From an uncultured Coxiellaceae bacterium (lineage in GTDB: Bacteria; Myxococcota_A; Polyangia; Polyangiales; Houyiibacteriaceae), in contig CAXMND010000044.1 of assembly GCA_964194675.1 (NCBI GenBank), positions 5,114-69,113 on the forward strand: a stretch of 64,000 bases of DNA, read 5' to 3'. Made by a program: the position numbers and the translations under genes. Shown piece after piece: positions 28,590 through 37,917 of the stretch. The notes beneath the pieces are model-generated. The model did no database searches, was not told where the DNA came from, and was given only the letters and a program-made list of their open reading frames with translations. Numbering within the stretch: the stretch's first letter is position 1; each line of letters opens with the position of its first letter.

Positions 28590-30137
28590 CTACTTCTGGT
28601 TGTCACCCTGTTCACGTGTCTGCACTACATCGATTGCCGCCCTGGCGACATCTCCAACTTGTTTGGCTGGAGGGTTGAGCTCGGACCAGCCTTCTCCCGC
28701 CACTTCCGTCGTGTCCGCCATCAATCGCTTCATAGCAGGGACATCTGCCGCCCCGCCTCTGCGTTCAAGATAGCGCAACGCGACGACACGATTCCACCAA
28801 TGTTCGGAATCGAGGAGCCCGAGGACCGTCGATGTAGGCGGAGGTGTCATCTGGCTCATCCGGGTGGCGTACCCCTCCAGCTCTTCTGGCTCGTATTGAA
28901 TCCCCACAGCTGTCGGTAATTGTTGAGAAAATTTCTCTATCTTGGCGGATCCACCCAGGGAGAGCACCAGCTCGCCGGCCCTCCAGCGAAGCCGTTTGTC
29001 CAACCTCGCTGCCGAGGTGCAGGAGGCCGCAGTACAGCCCGTTCGCTCGACCAGGGGCCAAAGACGGGGAATTGCGCGCCGGCTGCGGATGTCACCAACT
29101 CGGTCGAAAGCGTAGTCACGAACCTCGATCGAGTTGCCTGGGTCGAGTGCGATCGACAGCAAACGGTTCAATTGTGCGCGGCTGACGTGTCCCTCAAGAG
29201 CACGAAGGGCGGTTGCACGCCGCGCGTTGAGTCGCTCAGCCCAAGCCTTGCTGTCGTTCGGTCCCGGCTTGGTATCCGCGATCCGCAGTAGGCGGGCCGA
29301 CACGATTTCCTGATCGGCAAGGTACTTCATCGCCGGAAGCGCTCCGTTGTTGATGTAGTTCTCACGGTTGTAGACCGCGACCAACGACACACGCGGATTG
29401 TCCACCGGCTCGCCCGCGGCTTCGAGCGACTTCCGGATCGCGGCGCTCAGCCACTGCACGAAGCGCGGCTTTTCCATATCCTTTTCGATCTCGACGAGGC
29501 GTTTGGCGGCGCGTTTCTTGGTCTCTTCGTCCCCATCGTCGCCGATGATCTCTGCGATCTTGATCATCGCCTGCGGGGCCATCTTCTCGTGGAGGGCGTC
29601 GACGAGCATGCCGGCCGCGTCAGCCCCGAGAGCACGGGTTACCTGCTCGGCGCTATAGTCGCCGGCAAGGCTTCTCCCCTCGAAGTCACGGGAATACCAA
29701 CCCACGACCGATCGGGTGAGGGCGGTTCGCGACTCTTCGGGTGCATACGGAATAACCATGTAAGCAGCGTCTTTCGCGCGCACCTGCGCTTGAAGGGCGC
29801 CGTCGTCACTCGACTCGGACTCTTCGGCGAGGAGCGCCTCGAGGCGTGGGACCATGCCCGCGACGATCATTTCGCTGGCCTGCGGATCTTCGCGACGAAG
29901 CTCGTCGAGCGCTTGTTTGAGCAGACCGAGGCCGCTCACCTCATTGCGATCCATCTCGACGATCGCGAGCGCCGCTTGGGTTCGAAGGTCGTTTGAGTAA
30001 TGGTCGCTTCCGATGACGGCCATGAGCCGGGCCGGGCCTTTGACGGTCCCCTTCCACATCTCGATGCTGTCACTATCCGCCTTGCAGCCGGCCAACAATA
30101 AAGCGACCGCAGAGCAAATAAGCACGATCTTGCTCAT
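28590..30137 (-). CDS. HEAT/armadillo-like repeat lipoprotein
   Basis: MSKIVLICSAVALLLAGC lipobox (ATG 30135-30137; the ORF track extends to 30179). All-helical repeat protein with recurrent RxxAxxALxxL motifs. Confidence 0.6.
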   Translation of the reverse strand: MSKIVLICSAVALLLAGCKADSDSIEMWKGTVKGPARLMAVIGSDHYSNDLRTQAALAIVEMDRNEVSGLGLLKQALDELRREDPQASEMIVAGMVPRLEALLAEESESSDDGALQAQVRAKDAAYMVIPYAPEESRTALTRSVVGWYSRDFEGRSLAGDYSAEQVTRALGADAAGMLVDALHEKMAPQAMIKIAEIIGDDGDEETKKRAAKRLVEIEKDMEKPRFVQWLSAAIRKSLEAAGEPVDNPRVSLVAVYNRENYINNGALPAMKYLADQEIVSARLLRIADTKPGPNDSKAWAERLNARRATALRALEGHVSRAQLNRLLSIALDPGNSIEVRDYAFDRVGDIRSRRAIPRLWPLVERTGCTAASCTSAARLDKRLRWRAGELVLSLGGSAKIEKFSQQLPTAVGIQYEPEELEGYATRMSQMTPPPTSTVLGLLDSEHWWNRVVALRYLERRGGAADVPAMKRLMADTTEVAGEGWSELNPPAKQVGDVARAAIDVVQTREQGDNQK

Positions 30138-30292
30138 CCAACCCATTTGGCTCGCGAACCAATCCCCCGGAGCATGCAACCCGTGAGGATAATAGAGGAT
30201 TCAACCAGGCGATCAAGAGGCTGTAACAAGCGTGATTTCTTGACGAATCCAACCCGCGGCGAATAGCCTTCGCAATGTAGGAGGCCTCTTAC

Positions 30293-32647
30293 TTGAGAGT
30301 ACATGAAACCACCTCTTCCGGCGACCTCGTGTCGCCCGAAGGCAGGCGGCAGGACGTGCTCGCGATCCTAACCTTGACCGGAACCGTCCTGCTGACCCTC
30401 GCATTGATCTCGTATGACGCCCGGAACGGCTCCGCGAACCTCGTCGGGCCAGTTGGCCACAGGTTGGCGCGCACCGTGATGTTGGCCTTCGGCTTGGTGG
30501 CCTGGTTCCTGCCCCTCGAGGGCGCTTTGCTTACGTATCGATTGTTTCGACGTCGTGCCGCGATGCTCGGGTTGGCCACGCTGGCGTCGACGTTGGTCCT
30601 CGTGGTGATCGGTGCGGCCTTGGCCCATCTGCTCATCGAGCCGCAAGCAATGTGGGGGGTATCGCCTGGGGGGGCGGTCGGTGAATTGCTGGGGGAAGTG
30701 CTGCGCTCGCTGCTCGGGTTCACGGGGACGGTGGTGATCGGATTCGCTGTGCTTGGGATCGCTGTGATTCTGCGAACCCCGTGGACCCTCGAAGAGGTGG
30801 GACAGGCTTTCGTTCGGGCGGGACAGACAGTCTGGCAAAAGATGACGAGCATCGTCGTCGCGATGCGCGAGGCATGGGCTGAGGCCCGCGAAATTCATGA
30901 GGAAGAGATCCACGCAAACCAGCCAAGGATCAGTCAGCCGCGCGTGAGTCAGCCGAAGATCATGGGAGGGACCGTCGGGCACGAGGACGAGCACGAGCAC
31001 GAGGACGGGCACGAAGACCTGAAAGGCAAAGCGAAGGCTGCGGCACCGACGATCGTCGCCCCGAAGAAAACCCAACAGGAGCCGCTATCGATCTCGACTC
31101 GACCGAGGCGATCCAAGCACGACTTCCAACTCCCGCCGATCGACTTGCTCGACAAGCCGGACGCCTCGGTAATCCGAGTCGACGCAGACGTGCTTCGGGA
31201 CAACGCCGAGCTCCTCACCGAGAAGCTTGCCGCGTACGGCGTCCAGGGCCGCGTCGACGAGATCCACCCCGGCCCCGTCGTGACGATGTACGAGTTCGAG
31301 CCCGAAAGCGGGACGAAAGTCTCGAAGATCGCCGGCCTCGCGGACGACCTCGCAATGGCACTCGCCGCCCAAAAAGTGCGGATCGTGGCGCCAATCGCGG
31401 GCAAGGCGCGGGTCGGATTCGAGCTACCGAACGACGAGCGCAACACGGTCCATCTACGAGAGATCCTCGAAGACCGACGCTGGGTGAACCAGGGCGGAGC
31501 CCTTCCGATCGCGCTCGGCAAGGATATCGCTGGCCAACCGGTCTACACCGACCTCGCGAAAATGCCGCACTTGCTCGTCGCGGGCGCCACGGGATCCGGT
31601 AAGAGCGTCGCACTGAACGCCATGATCGTGTCGATTCTCGCGAAGAGAACCCCCGAAGAAGTTCGGATGTTGATGATCGACCCGAAGGTGGTCGAGCTTC
31701 AGGTCTTCGACGGCATTCCTCACATGCTGCTCCCCGTGGTCACCGACATGAAGAAGGCGGCCCTCGCCCTGCGCTGGGGAGTCGACGAGATGGAGCGGCG
31801 GTATCAGATGTTTGCCGACGCCGGGACGCGCAACATCGACACCTACAACCGCCGGGTCGACCGAGTGCAACGCGGAGAGCTTGCGATGGACAGGTTCATG
31901 CCGAAGCGCAAGGGCAAGGTCAGCGCGCAGGACGCATCCGGCCATGAGGTGCTGCTCGACCCGGTGGACGGTGAGACGCCCGATGCCGAGAGCCTCGAGC
32001 CGGAGAAGCTGCCATACGTGGTGGTTGTCGTCGACGAGTTCGCCGACCTGATGATGGTCGCGGCCAAAGACGTCGAATCGTGCATCGCGCGCCTCGCGCA
32101 GAAGGCGCGAGCGGCCGGGATTCACATAATCCTCGCCACACAACGCCCGAGCGTCGACGTGATCACCGGCATGATCAAGGCGAACTTCCCTGCACGCGTG
32201 GCCTTCAAAGTCTCGCAGCGTCAGGACTCGATGACGATCCTTGGCCGCACCGGCGCCGAGCATCTCCTCGGCATGGGCGACATGCTTATGATCCCCCCCG
32301 GCTCGAGCGAACTCAAACGCGTACACGCCGCCTTCGTCGGAGAAGACGAAGTCCGAACGGTGTGCGACTTCCTCCGCGAGCAGGGAGACCCCGAGTACCA
32401 GAACGAGATCCTAAAGCCTCGAGACGAGGAAGGAAGCCAAGCCGAAAGCGACGACCCGCTCTACGACAAGGCCGTTGGGGTCGTCGCCAACGCCGGCTAC
32501 TGTTCGATCAGCCACGTCCAACGACAACTAAGCGTAGGCTACAACAAGGCTGCGAAGCTGGTCGAACGAATGGAACAGGACGGCGTCGTCGGACCTCCAA
32601 GCTCAAAGGCAGGGGGACGGCGAGAGGTACTGGTTAGTCCACAGTAA
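30293..32647 (+). CDS. ftsK: DNA translocase FtsK/SpoIIIE
   Basis: N-terminal TM helices. Walker A LLVAGATGSGKS, Walker B YVVVVVDEFADLM. C-terminal gamma wHTH YDKAVGVVANAGYCSISHVQRQLSVGYNKAAKLVERME. TTG start 30293 preceded by AGGAGG. Confidence 0.92.
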   Translation: MRVHETTSSGDLVSPEGRRQDVLAILTLTGTVLLTLALISYDARNGSANLVGPVGHRLARTVMLAFGLVAWFLPLEGALLTYRLFRRRAAMLGLATLASTLVLVVIGAALAHLLIEPQAMWGVSPGGAVGELLGEVLRSLLGFTGTVVIGFAVLGIAVILRTPWTLEEVGQAFVRAGQTVWQKMTSIVVAMREAWAEAREIHEEEIHANQPRISQPRVSQPKIMGGTVGHEDEHEHEDGHEDLKGKAKAAAPTIVAPKKTQQEPLSISTRPRRSKHDFQLPPIDLLDKPDASVIRVDADVLRDNAELLTEKLAAYGVQGRVDEIHPGPVVTMYEFEPESGTKVSKIAGLADDLAMALAAQKVRIVAPIAGKARVGFELPNDERNTVHLREILEDRRWVNQGGALPIALGKDIAGQPVYTDLAKMPHLLVAGATGSGKSVALNAMIVSILAKRTPEEVRMLMIDPKVVELQVFDGIPHMLLPVVTDMKKAALALRWGVDEMERRYQMFADAGTRNIDTYNRRVDRVQRGELAMDRFMPKRKGKVSAQDASGHEVLLDPVDGETPDAESLEPEKLPYVVVVVDEFADLMMVAAKDVESCIARLAQKARAAGIHIILATQRPSVDVITGMIKANFPARVAFKVSQRQDSMTILGRTGAEHLLGMGDMLMIPPGSSELKRVHAAFVGEDEVRTVCDFLREQGDPEYQNEILKPRDEEGSQAESDDPLYDKAVGVVANAGYCSISHVQRQLSVGYNKAAKLVERMEQDGVVGPPSSKAGGRREVLVSPQ

Positions 32648-32695
32648 CGGGGCCAGCCCTGGCGCTGCCCCCGCCCCTGTCGCACAGTCCGCCCC

Positions 32696-34000
32696 ATGTC
32701 CCTTCCCGACGACGAGCTTCTTGCCCTCGATCGCCGGCATTTGTGGCGGCCTTACACCTCGAGCGAGGACCACGTGGGCCGGCCCCTTTTCATCGTCGAT
32801 CGTGCCGAAGGGCCCTGGCTGATCTCCCCTGGCGGTCGACGGATCCTCGACGCGAGCGGGTCCTGGTGGTGCAACAATCTCGGCCACGGGCATCCGAGGC
32901 TTCGAGGGGCATTGAGCCGCCAGGCGGAGCGGCTGATGCACGTTACGTTCGGGGGGGCAACGCACGAGCCGGGGGTCCGGCTGGCGTCCGAGCTCGCCGC
33001 CGTTGCACCGAAAGGGTTGGAGCGCGTCTTTTTCAGCGACAACGGGTCGACGTCGGTCGAGGTCGCCCTGAAGATCGCGTTTCAGTATTGGCAGCAGAAC
33101 GGCTGGACGAAGCGGAACCTCTTCCTGAGCCTTCCCGGGGGCTATCATGGCGACACCCTGGGTGCGATGAGCGTCGGTGCGGTCGACGAGTTCAGTGGCG
33201 TCTTTCGGCCTCTCTTGTTCGAGGCTGCTCGGCCCGCCGAGCCGGTCGAATACGACTGGGAGCCCGTCTTCGAGATCCTCATCGAGCGGCTCCGCGACGA
33301 CAGGGATCGCATCGCAGGAGTCATCGTGGAGCCGGTCGTGCAGGGCGCCGCGGGCATGCGGATGTATTCGCCGACCCTATTGGCCGAGCTTCGCGACGCG
33401 ACGACACGGGCCGACACCTTCTTGATCGCCGATGAGGTATTCACGGGTTTCGGACGAACCGGGCCCATGTGGGCGTCCGACCATGCCGGGATCGCCCCAG
33501 ACCTTCTTTGCACGGCCAAAGGACTGTCGGGCGGGGTGCTGCCGTTTGCCGCAACGTTGGCGACAGATCGGATCTACGACGGTTTTCTGGGCGGAAAAGA
33601 GCGCGCGCTCATGCATGGGCACACGTTTTTCGCAAACCCCCTCGGTGCCGCAATAGCCCTCGAGGTGCTTGCGATCTACCGTGAAGACCAAATCCTCGAA
33701 CGGGCCAAGCCGAAAGCAGCACGGCTCGCTGACGCCATCAAAGACATGGAGTCGCTTCCCGGCGTTCATCATCCCAGAGCGCTCGGTATGTGCGCTGCGT
33801 TCGATGTCGGTAAGACGGGTTATATGGGCAAGACCGGCTGGGAGATCTCCGAAGCCGCCCTCGAGCTCGGCGCGCATCTCCGGCCACTTGGAAACACGAT
33901 CTACGTCGTGCCCCCTCTCAATATCGATGACGACGACCTCGAGCAGTTACTGTATGTCGTGCGCGAAGCCACCGAGCACGTATTGGTGAACGAATCGTGA
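32696..34000 (+). CDS. bioA: Adenosylmethionine-8-amino-7-oxononanoate aminotransferase
   Basis: Class III aminotransferase. N-terminal LALDRRHLWRPYTS, ADEVFTGFGRTG, PLP-lysine region LCTAKGLSGG. 434 aa. Confidence 0.88.
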   Translation: MSLPDDELLALDRRHLWRPYTSSEDHVGRPLFIVDRAEGPWLISPGGRRILDASGSWWCNNLGHGHPRLRGALSRQAERLMHVTFGGATHEPGVRLASELAAVAPKGLERVFFSDNGSTSVEVALKIAFQYWQQNGWTKRNLFLSLPGGYHGDTLGAMSVGAVDEFSGVFRPLLFEAARPAEPVEYDWEPVFEILIERLRDDRDRIAGVIVEPVVQGAAGMRMYSPTLLAELRDATTRADTFLIADEVFTGFGRTGPMWASDHAGIAPDLLCTAKGLSGGVLPFAATLATDRIYDGFLGGKERALMHGHTFFANPLGAAIALEVLAIYREDQILERAKPKAARLADAIKDMESLPGVHHPRALGMCAAFDVGKTGYMGKTGWEISEAALELGAHLRPLGNTIYVVPPLNIDDDDLEQLLYVVREATEHVLVNES

Positions 34001-35541
34001 CCGAGACCGCGCGGGACAGCGCGAGCTACGGCAACCGGACCCGAGCGTACGCCTGGGCGGTCCTCGGCGGCGTGATCTACTTCCTCGGTTGGGCAGGCTT
34101 CGGCTATTGGCCGCTGGCGCTGGTCTCCCTCGTGCCCCTCTGGGCGGCGCTCGAGCTCTCGACGGAACGACCGTGGCAAGACGCGCTGGGCGTGGGCTGG
34201 GTGTACGGCATCGTGATGATCGCGGGTGGCTACCACTGGCTGGTGCCCTTTTTCGAGGTGTTTTCAGGCTATGGGTCATTCGCGAGCGTCGGTTTTTGGT
34301 TGGTTTTCTCGGCGTTCATAGGCGCCCAGTACGGGGTCTATGGCGCGATCTACTGGTCGTTGAGACGCCGTGGTTGGTCGGTCGCTCTGGCAGCGATCCC
34401 GCCTTTCCTCGCCGCCGAATGGCTCTACCCGAAGTTGTTTCAGGTCTACCTTGCGAACAGCTTCAATCAGCAACCCATGTGGGTACAGACAGCCGACCTC
34501 GGCGGACCCCTTTTGGTCACCGCAGTCGCCGCCATGGTCAACCTCGCGGTCTTCGAGACCTGGCGCTGGTGGAGAGGCATACGTGGAGCTCCGCACACGG
34601 TGTGGGCACTCACAATTCTGTCGGTCGGCTTCACCCTCGGCTACGGCACGATCCGAATCCCGCAGGTAGAAGCCGCGATGGCTTCCGCCCCGCCGCTTCG
34701 ATTGGGAGTCATCCAGGTCAACATGGGCATCTTCGAGAAACGAAGCGACGCCCTCGAGGGACACAAGCGCCACCTCGAGCAGAGCCGCGAGCTCGAAGAG
34801 GAGGGTGAGCTCGACCTCATCGTGTGGCCGGAGTCCGCATACACCCGAAGCCTCCCGCGAGAGCTACCGGTGTCGGGTGACGAGATTCGAAAGGAGCTTC
34901 GAACGCCGATCCTCTTTGGTGGCGTGTCGCAAGAATATGTCGACGGCCGCCGCAAGATCTTCAACACGGCTTTCATGATCGAGGCCGACGGTATGGTCCG
35001 CTCGACCTACGACAAGACCTATCTGTTGATGTTTGGGGAATATCTGCCGTTCGGGGAAACGTTCCCGGCGCTCTACGACCTGTCCCCGAACAGCGGCCAT
35101 TTCACGCCCGGCAGCCATGTGCGTCCGCTGCACCTCGGTGAGTGGCGAATCTCCACGCCGGTTTGCTACGAAGATGTGCTTCCCGGATTCATCCGCACCA
35201 TGGTTCGCGAGGCGAACCCCCATGTATTGATCAACCTCACGAACGACTCGTGGTTCGGCGACACGCAGGAGCCCTGGATCCACCTCGTATTGGCTCAGTT
35301 TCGCGCGATCGAGCACCGCCGCTATTTGGTCCGCGCGACCAACAGCGGGATCAGCGCCGTCATCGATCCGGTAGGTCGAATCGTGGCGCAAACGGGGACG
35401 CTCACCCGAGAGAACCTCCGGTACGAGGTCCACATGATGGAGGGTGCAACGATCTATGCGCGCTTCGGAGACTGGCCGGGTTGGCTGAGTCTCGCCGTTA
35501 TCGTGTTGATGCTCATCGTTCGGCGAGGGTCGGCGAGATGA
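33997..35541 (+). CDS. lnt: Apolipoprotein N-acyltransferase
   Basis: N-terminal polytopic region plus a C-N hydrolase domain with IVWPESA (Glu), TPVCYEDV (Cys) and NDSWFG. GTGA overlap with the bioA stop. Confidence 0.88.
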   Translation: MTETARDSASYGNRTRAYAWAVLGGVIYFLGWAGFGYWPLALVSLVPLWAALELSTERPWQDALGVGWVYGIVMIAGGYHWLVPFFEVFSGYGSFASVGFWLVFSAFIGAQYGVYGAIYWSLRRRGWSVALAAIPPFLAAEWLYPKLFQVYLANSFNQQPMWVQTADLGGPLLVTAVAAMVNLAVFETWRWWRGIRGAPHTVWALTILSVGFTLGYGTIRIPQVEAAMASAPPLRLGVIQVNMGIFEKRSDALEGHKRHLEQSRELEEEGELDLIVWPESAYTRSLPRELPVSGDEIRKELRTPILFGGVSQEYVDGRRKIFNTAFMIEADGMVRSTYDKTYLLMFGEYLPFGETFPALYDLSPNSGHFTPGSHVRPLHLGEWRISTPVCYEDVLPGFIRTMVREANPHVLINLTNDSWFGDTQEPWIHLVLAQFRAIEHRRYLVRATNSGISAVIDPVGRIVAQTGTLTRENLRYEVHMMEGATIYARFGDWPGWLSLAVIVLMLIVRRGSAR

Positions 35542-37288
35542 GAAGCCGGTAGGTACCGTCGACCTCGGAGACGGTCTCGGCTACTTGAATCGGACGGAGC
35601 TCATCCCCTACGCTCTCGAAGATGTAGGCGCGGATCTGTGCACCCCCTACAGTAGCGCCAGCGGCTGTCTGAAGCGTGCCACGAACCACGATCGGTGGCG
35701 GAAGCCTGTAGTCACGCGTGATCTCGCCTTGCTCTGCGCTCATGATGAGCTCCGGCTCGACCAGCCATGGAAACCCCGTCGTGTCCGCGACCTTGATCAG
35801 CATATCGTACCGTCCGGCGTCGACGGTCAAGCGAAACGTGCCGTCCGGACTCGATGCGGTCTCTCGCGAGCGCTGGAGCTCACCCATGTCCCCGCGCGCC
35901 CGGGCGAGAACCGTCACGCCGTTTGCAGGATCTCCTGCGAACGTGGTGCATGAGCCCGACAAGGCGATCTGCGAGGGAAGCACGAGGTCCTCGAGCTCGC
36001 CGACATCCTCGACCACGAACGCTTCCGCGGAAAGGGGAGCCCAGATATTCGCGGTGTCCGTGGGCGGAGTCACGATCACGGTGTAGAGCCCCGGCAAGAG
36101 CGTGACGCTGAAGCTGCCGTCATCGCTGGTCGTGGTCGACGCGCTGAAGGTGCCCTCAAGCCCAAGCTCGCTTTCCTCGAAGATCCCGTTGGACGAGAAT
36201 CCGACGGTTGCACCCTGGACCGCTCGTTCCTCTTCGTCGCGCACTGCCCCCGTAACTTGCACGCCATCGACGCGAGGCACGTGGATGCGCCGTTGGGCAG
36301 GATCGTTGATGAAGGCAAGGTCGGGATCCACGGATACCGAGGGAAAGGGGGCGCCGCCGGCGCTCGAAGTGACGCGAATCACATAAGGCCCAGCCTCGTC
36401 GCTGACTCGAATGGCGAACCCTCCGAACGGATTCGTCTCGCCGATCGAAGAGACGACGCGTCCGGATTCCTTCTCGACCGCGCGCACTTGAAGCCCCACC
36501 GCCGCAGTCTCGTCCTCGCCGTCAAAGCTGAGAACCGTCCCTATCAGCGTGCACCCGGCGAGCTGGTTCTCGGCGCACTCCTCGTCGAGGGCTTCCGGGA
36601 AGATCACATCGAATCGGAACACCTCGTCGACGACATCGTCGACCTCGACCGATGTATAGATGGGAGGGAGCGAGCGAATCGCGGCGGCGGCCTGATCGGC
36701 AGTCTCGATCACGTCGCTGCTAGGCACGATGACAACGTCGTAGCTCTGGCCCCGCGCAAGCACCGTGCTGTAGTCGACGTCGCCCGGGTCCTCTGCGCCG
36801 CTCGGCTCACGACGGGTATCGACCTCGATCGGTACCGCCGAGAGCGCAGACACCAGCGCGCCCATCCGGCGGGTGAACCGCAGAGTCGCCGGTACCGGGG
36901 TGCCTTGCCAACGAACGACCCCGACGACCTGTCTCGTCGGAGAAAGGGTGTAGTTTCGCTCGCTCGCTCCAGAAAACGATTCCGGCACGAAGACCCAGCT
37001 CGCGGGGGTCGCGCGCTGGGTGTTGGTATCGGAGGACCCCCGAAGCACCTCGACGGCAATGGTCACCTCGGTGGAAGAGTCATCGATGCAGATGCCTTCG
37101 TTGCAGAAGCCCTGCACGCAATCGGCGTCGCCTCCGCAAACGTTCTCCGGGGTAATCACCTCCGCAGATCCGAAGTCGCACCCACACATCCCAAGCAAGA
37201 GAAGTGTCAGCGACGCCCCGTAGGCGACCCCCGTAAAGTGACTTCGTCGCCACGAGGCTCGGCGAAGCGTCGATTTTACGGGGCTCAT
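35513..37288 (-). CDS. Lipoprotein with about four carboxypeptidase-regulatory-like (CarboxypepD_reg) beta-sandwich repeats
   Basis: MSPVKST...LTLLLLGMCGC lipobox. Repeated pattern GxV...G.P..GA.V........T..DG.F.L...G.Y.v.v (e.g. SDDGSFSVTLLPGLYTVIVTP, SPDGTFRLTVDAGRYDMLIKV, EVDGTYRLLI). ATGA overlap with the upstream gene at 37285-37288. Confidence 0.6.
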   Translation of the reverse strand: MSPVKSTLRRASWRRSHFTGVAYGASLTLLLLGMCGCDFGSAEVITPENVCGGDADCVQGFCNEGICIDDSSTEVTIAVEVLRGSSDTNTQRATPASWVFVPESFSGASERNYTLSPTRQVVGVVRWQGTPVPATLRFTRRMGALVSALSAVPIEVDTRREPSGAEDPGDVDYSTVLARGQSYDVVIVPSSDVIETADQAAAAIRSLPPIYTSVEVDDVVDEVFRFDVIFPEALDEECAENQLAGCTLIGTVLSFDGEDETAAVGLQVRAVEKESGRVVSSIGETNPFGGFAIRVSDEAGPYVIRVTSSAGGAPFPSVSVDPDLAFINDPAQRRIHVPRVDGVQVTGAVRDEEERAVQGATVGFSSNGIFEESELGLEGTFSASTTTSDDGSFSVTLLPGLYTVIVTPPTDTANIWAPLSAEAFVVEDVGELEDLVLPSQIALSGSCTTFAGDPANGVTVLARARGDMGELQRSRETASSPDGTFRLTVDAGRYDMLIKVADTTGFPWLVEPELIMSAEQGEITRDYRLPPPIVVRGTLQTAAGATVGGAQIRAYIFESVGDELRPIQVAETVSEVDGTYRLLISPTLAER

Positions 37289-37839
37289 CGACACCTCTCC
37301 GAGATGGGATTGTTGTCGTCGGTGATTTCGACCCACCATGTCGCTTGGTCGAAGTCACCCGGCTCGACGGGCCGACGCGGCTCCACGAAACTCGCGAAAT
37401 CGCCCACGACGACGAGCTCGATCTTGTGGCAGAAGCCTGGAGCAAGGAGCTCATACGGGATCGCAAACAATCCGTCCCGCTCGAGGAACCCGCTCGGAGG
37501 GATGTCTCCTTCAAGGATCGGGAACTCCGAAGCCGGGGGCGGAGGGGAGTCGAGAAAAATCCGAAACTGGAGTGTTTGATCGAAGTTCGGATCTCGGATG
37601 AACGTCTGGAGCAGCATCTCCGGCCCTTCCCCGGGCGGTGGGTCGTCGATATTGATCGCCCCGATCTCGTTGAGCGGGAACTCGGCCTCCGGTTGGCTGA
37701 TGATCGACGGAGGGAAGTTCTCGACCGGCTCGAACTCGATGCGATCGGTCGCAATGCACCCCGAGCTTGAGGCGGCGAAGCCCAGCGAAACGCTTGAGGC
37801 AAAGAGAAGCATCCAAGGGAATTTAGAAGCAAGGGCCAT
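37285..37839 (-). CDS. Hypothetical lipoprotein
   Basis: MALASKFPWMLLFASSVSLGFAASSSGC signal/lipobox (ATG 37837-37839; the ORF track extends to 37866). 184 aa. Translationally coupled to the downstream lipoprotein. Confidence 0.5.
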   Translation of the reverse strand: MALASKFPWMLLFASSVSLGFAASSSGCIATDRIEFEPVENFPPSIISQPEAEFPLNEIGAINIDDPPPGEGPEMLLQTFIRDPNFDQTLQFRIFLDSPPPPASEFPILEGDIPPSGFLERDGLFAIPYELLAPGFCHKIELVVVGDFASFVEPRRPVEPGDFDQATWWVEITDDNNPISERCR

Positions 37840-37917
37840 GCCGGGGCTCCAGTGCCGGGAACACACTGGTTTTGGGGATTATTCCACGAAAACCAGGTGG
37901 TTGCTATGACACAGATG

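Noticed and set aside
30890-31015. Repeats in the FtsK linker (ISQPR/VSQPK) and a His/Asp/Glu-rich stretch HEDEHEHEDGHED that looks like a metal-binding tag.
   Set aside because: FtsK linkers are notoriously variable low-complexity regions. There is no independent support for function.
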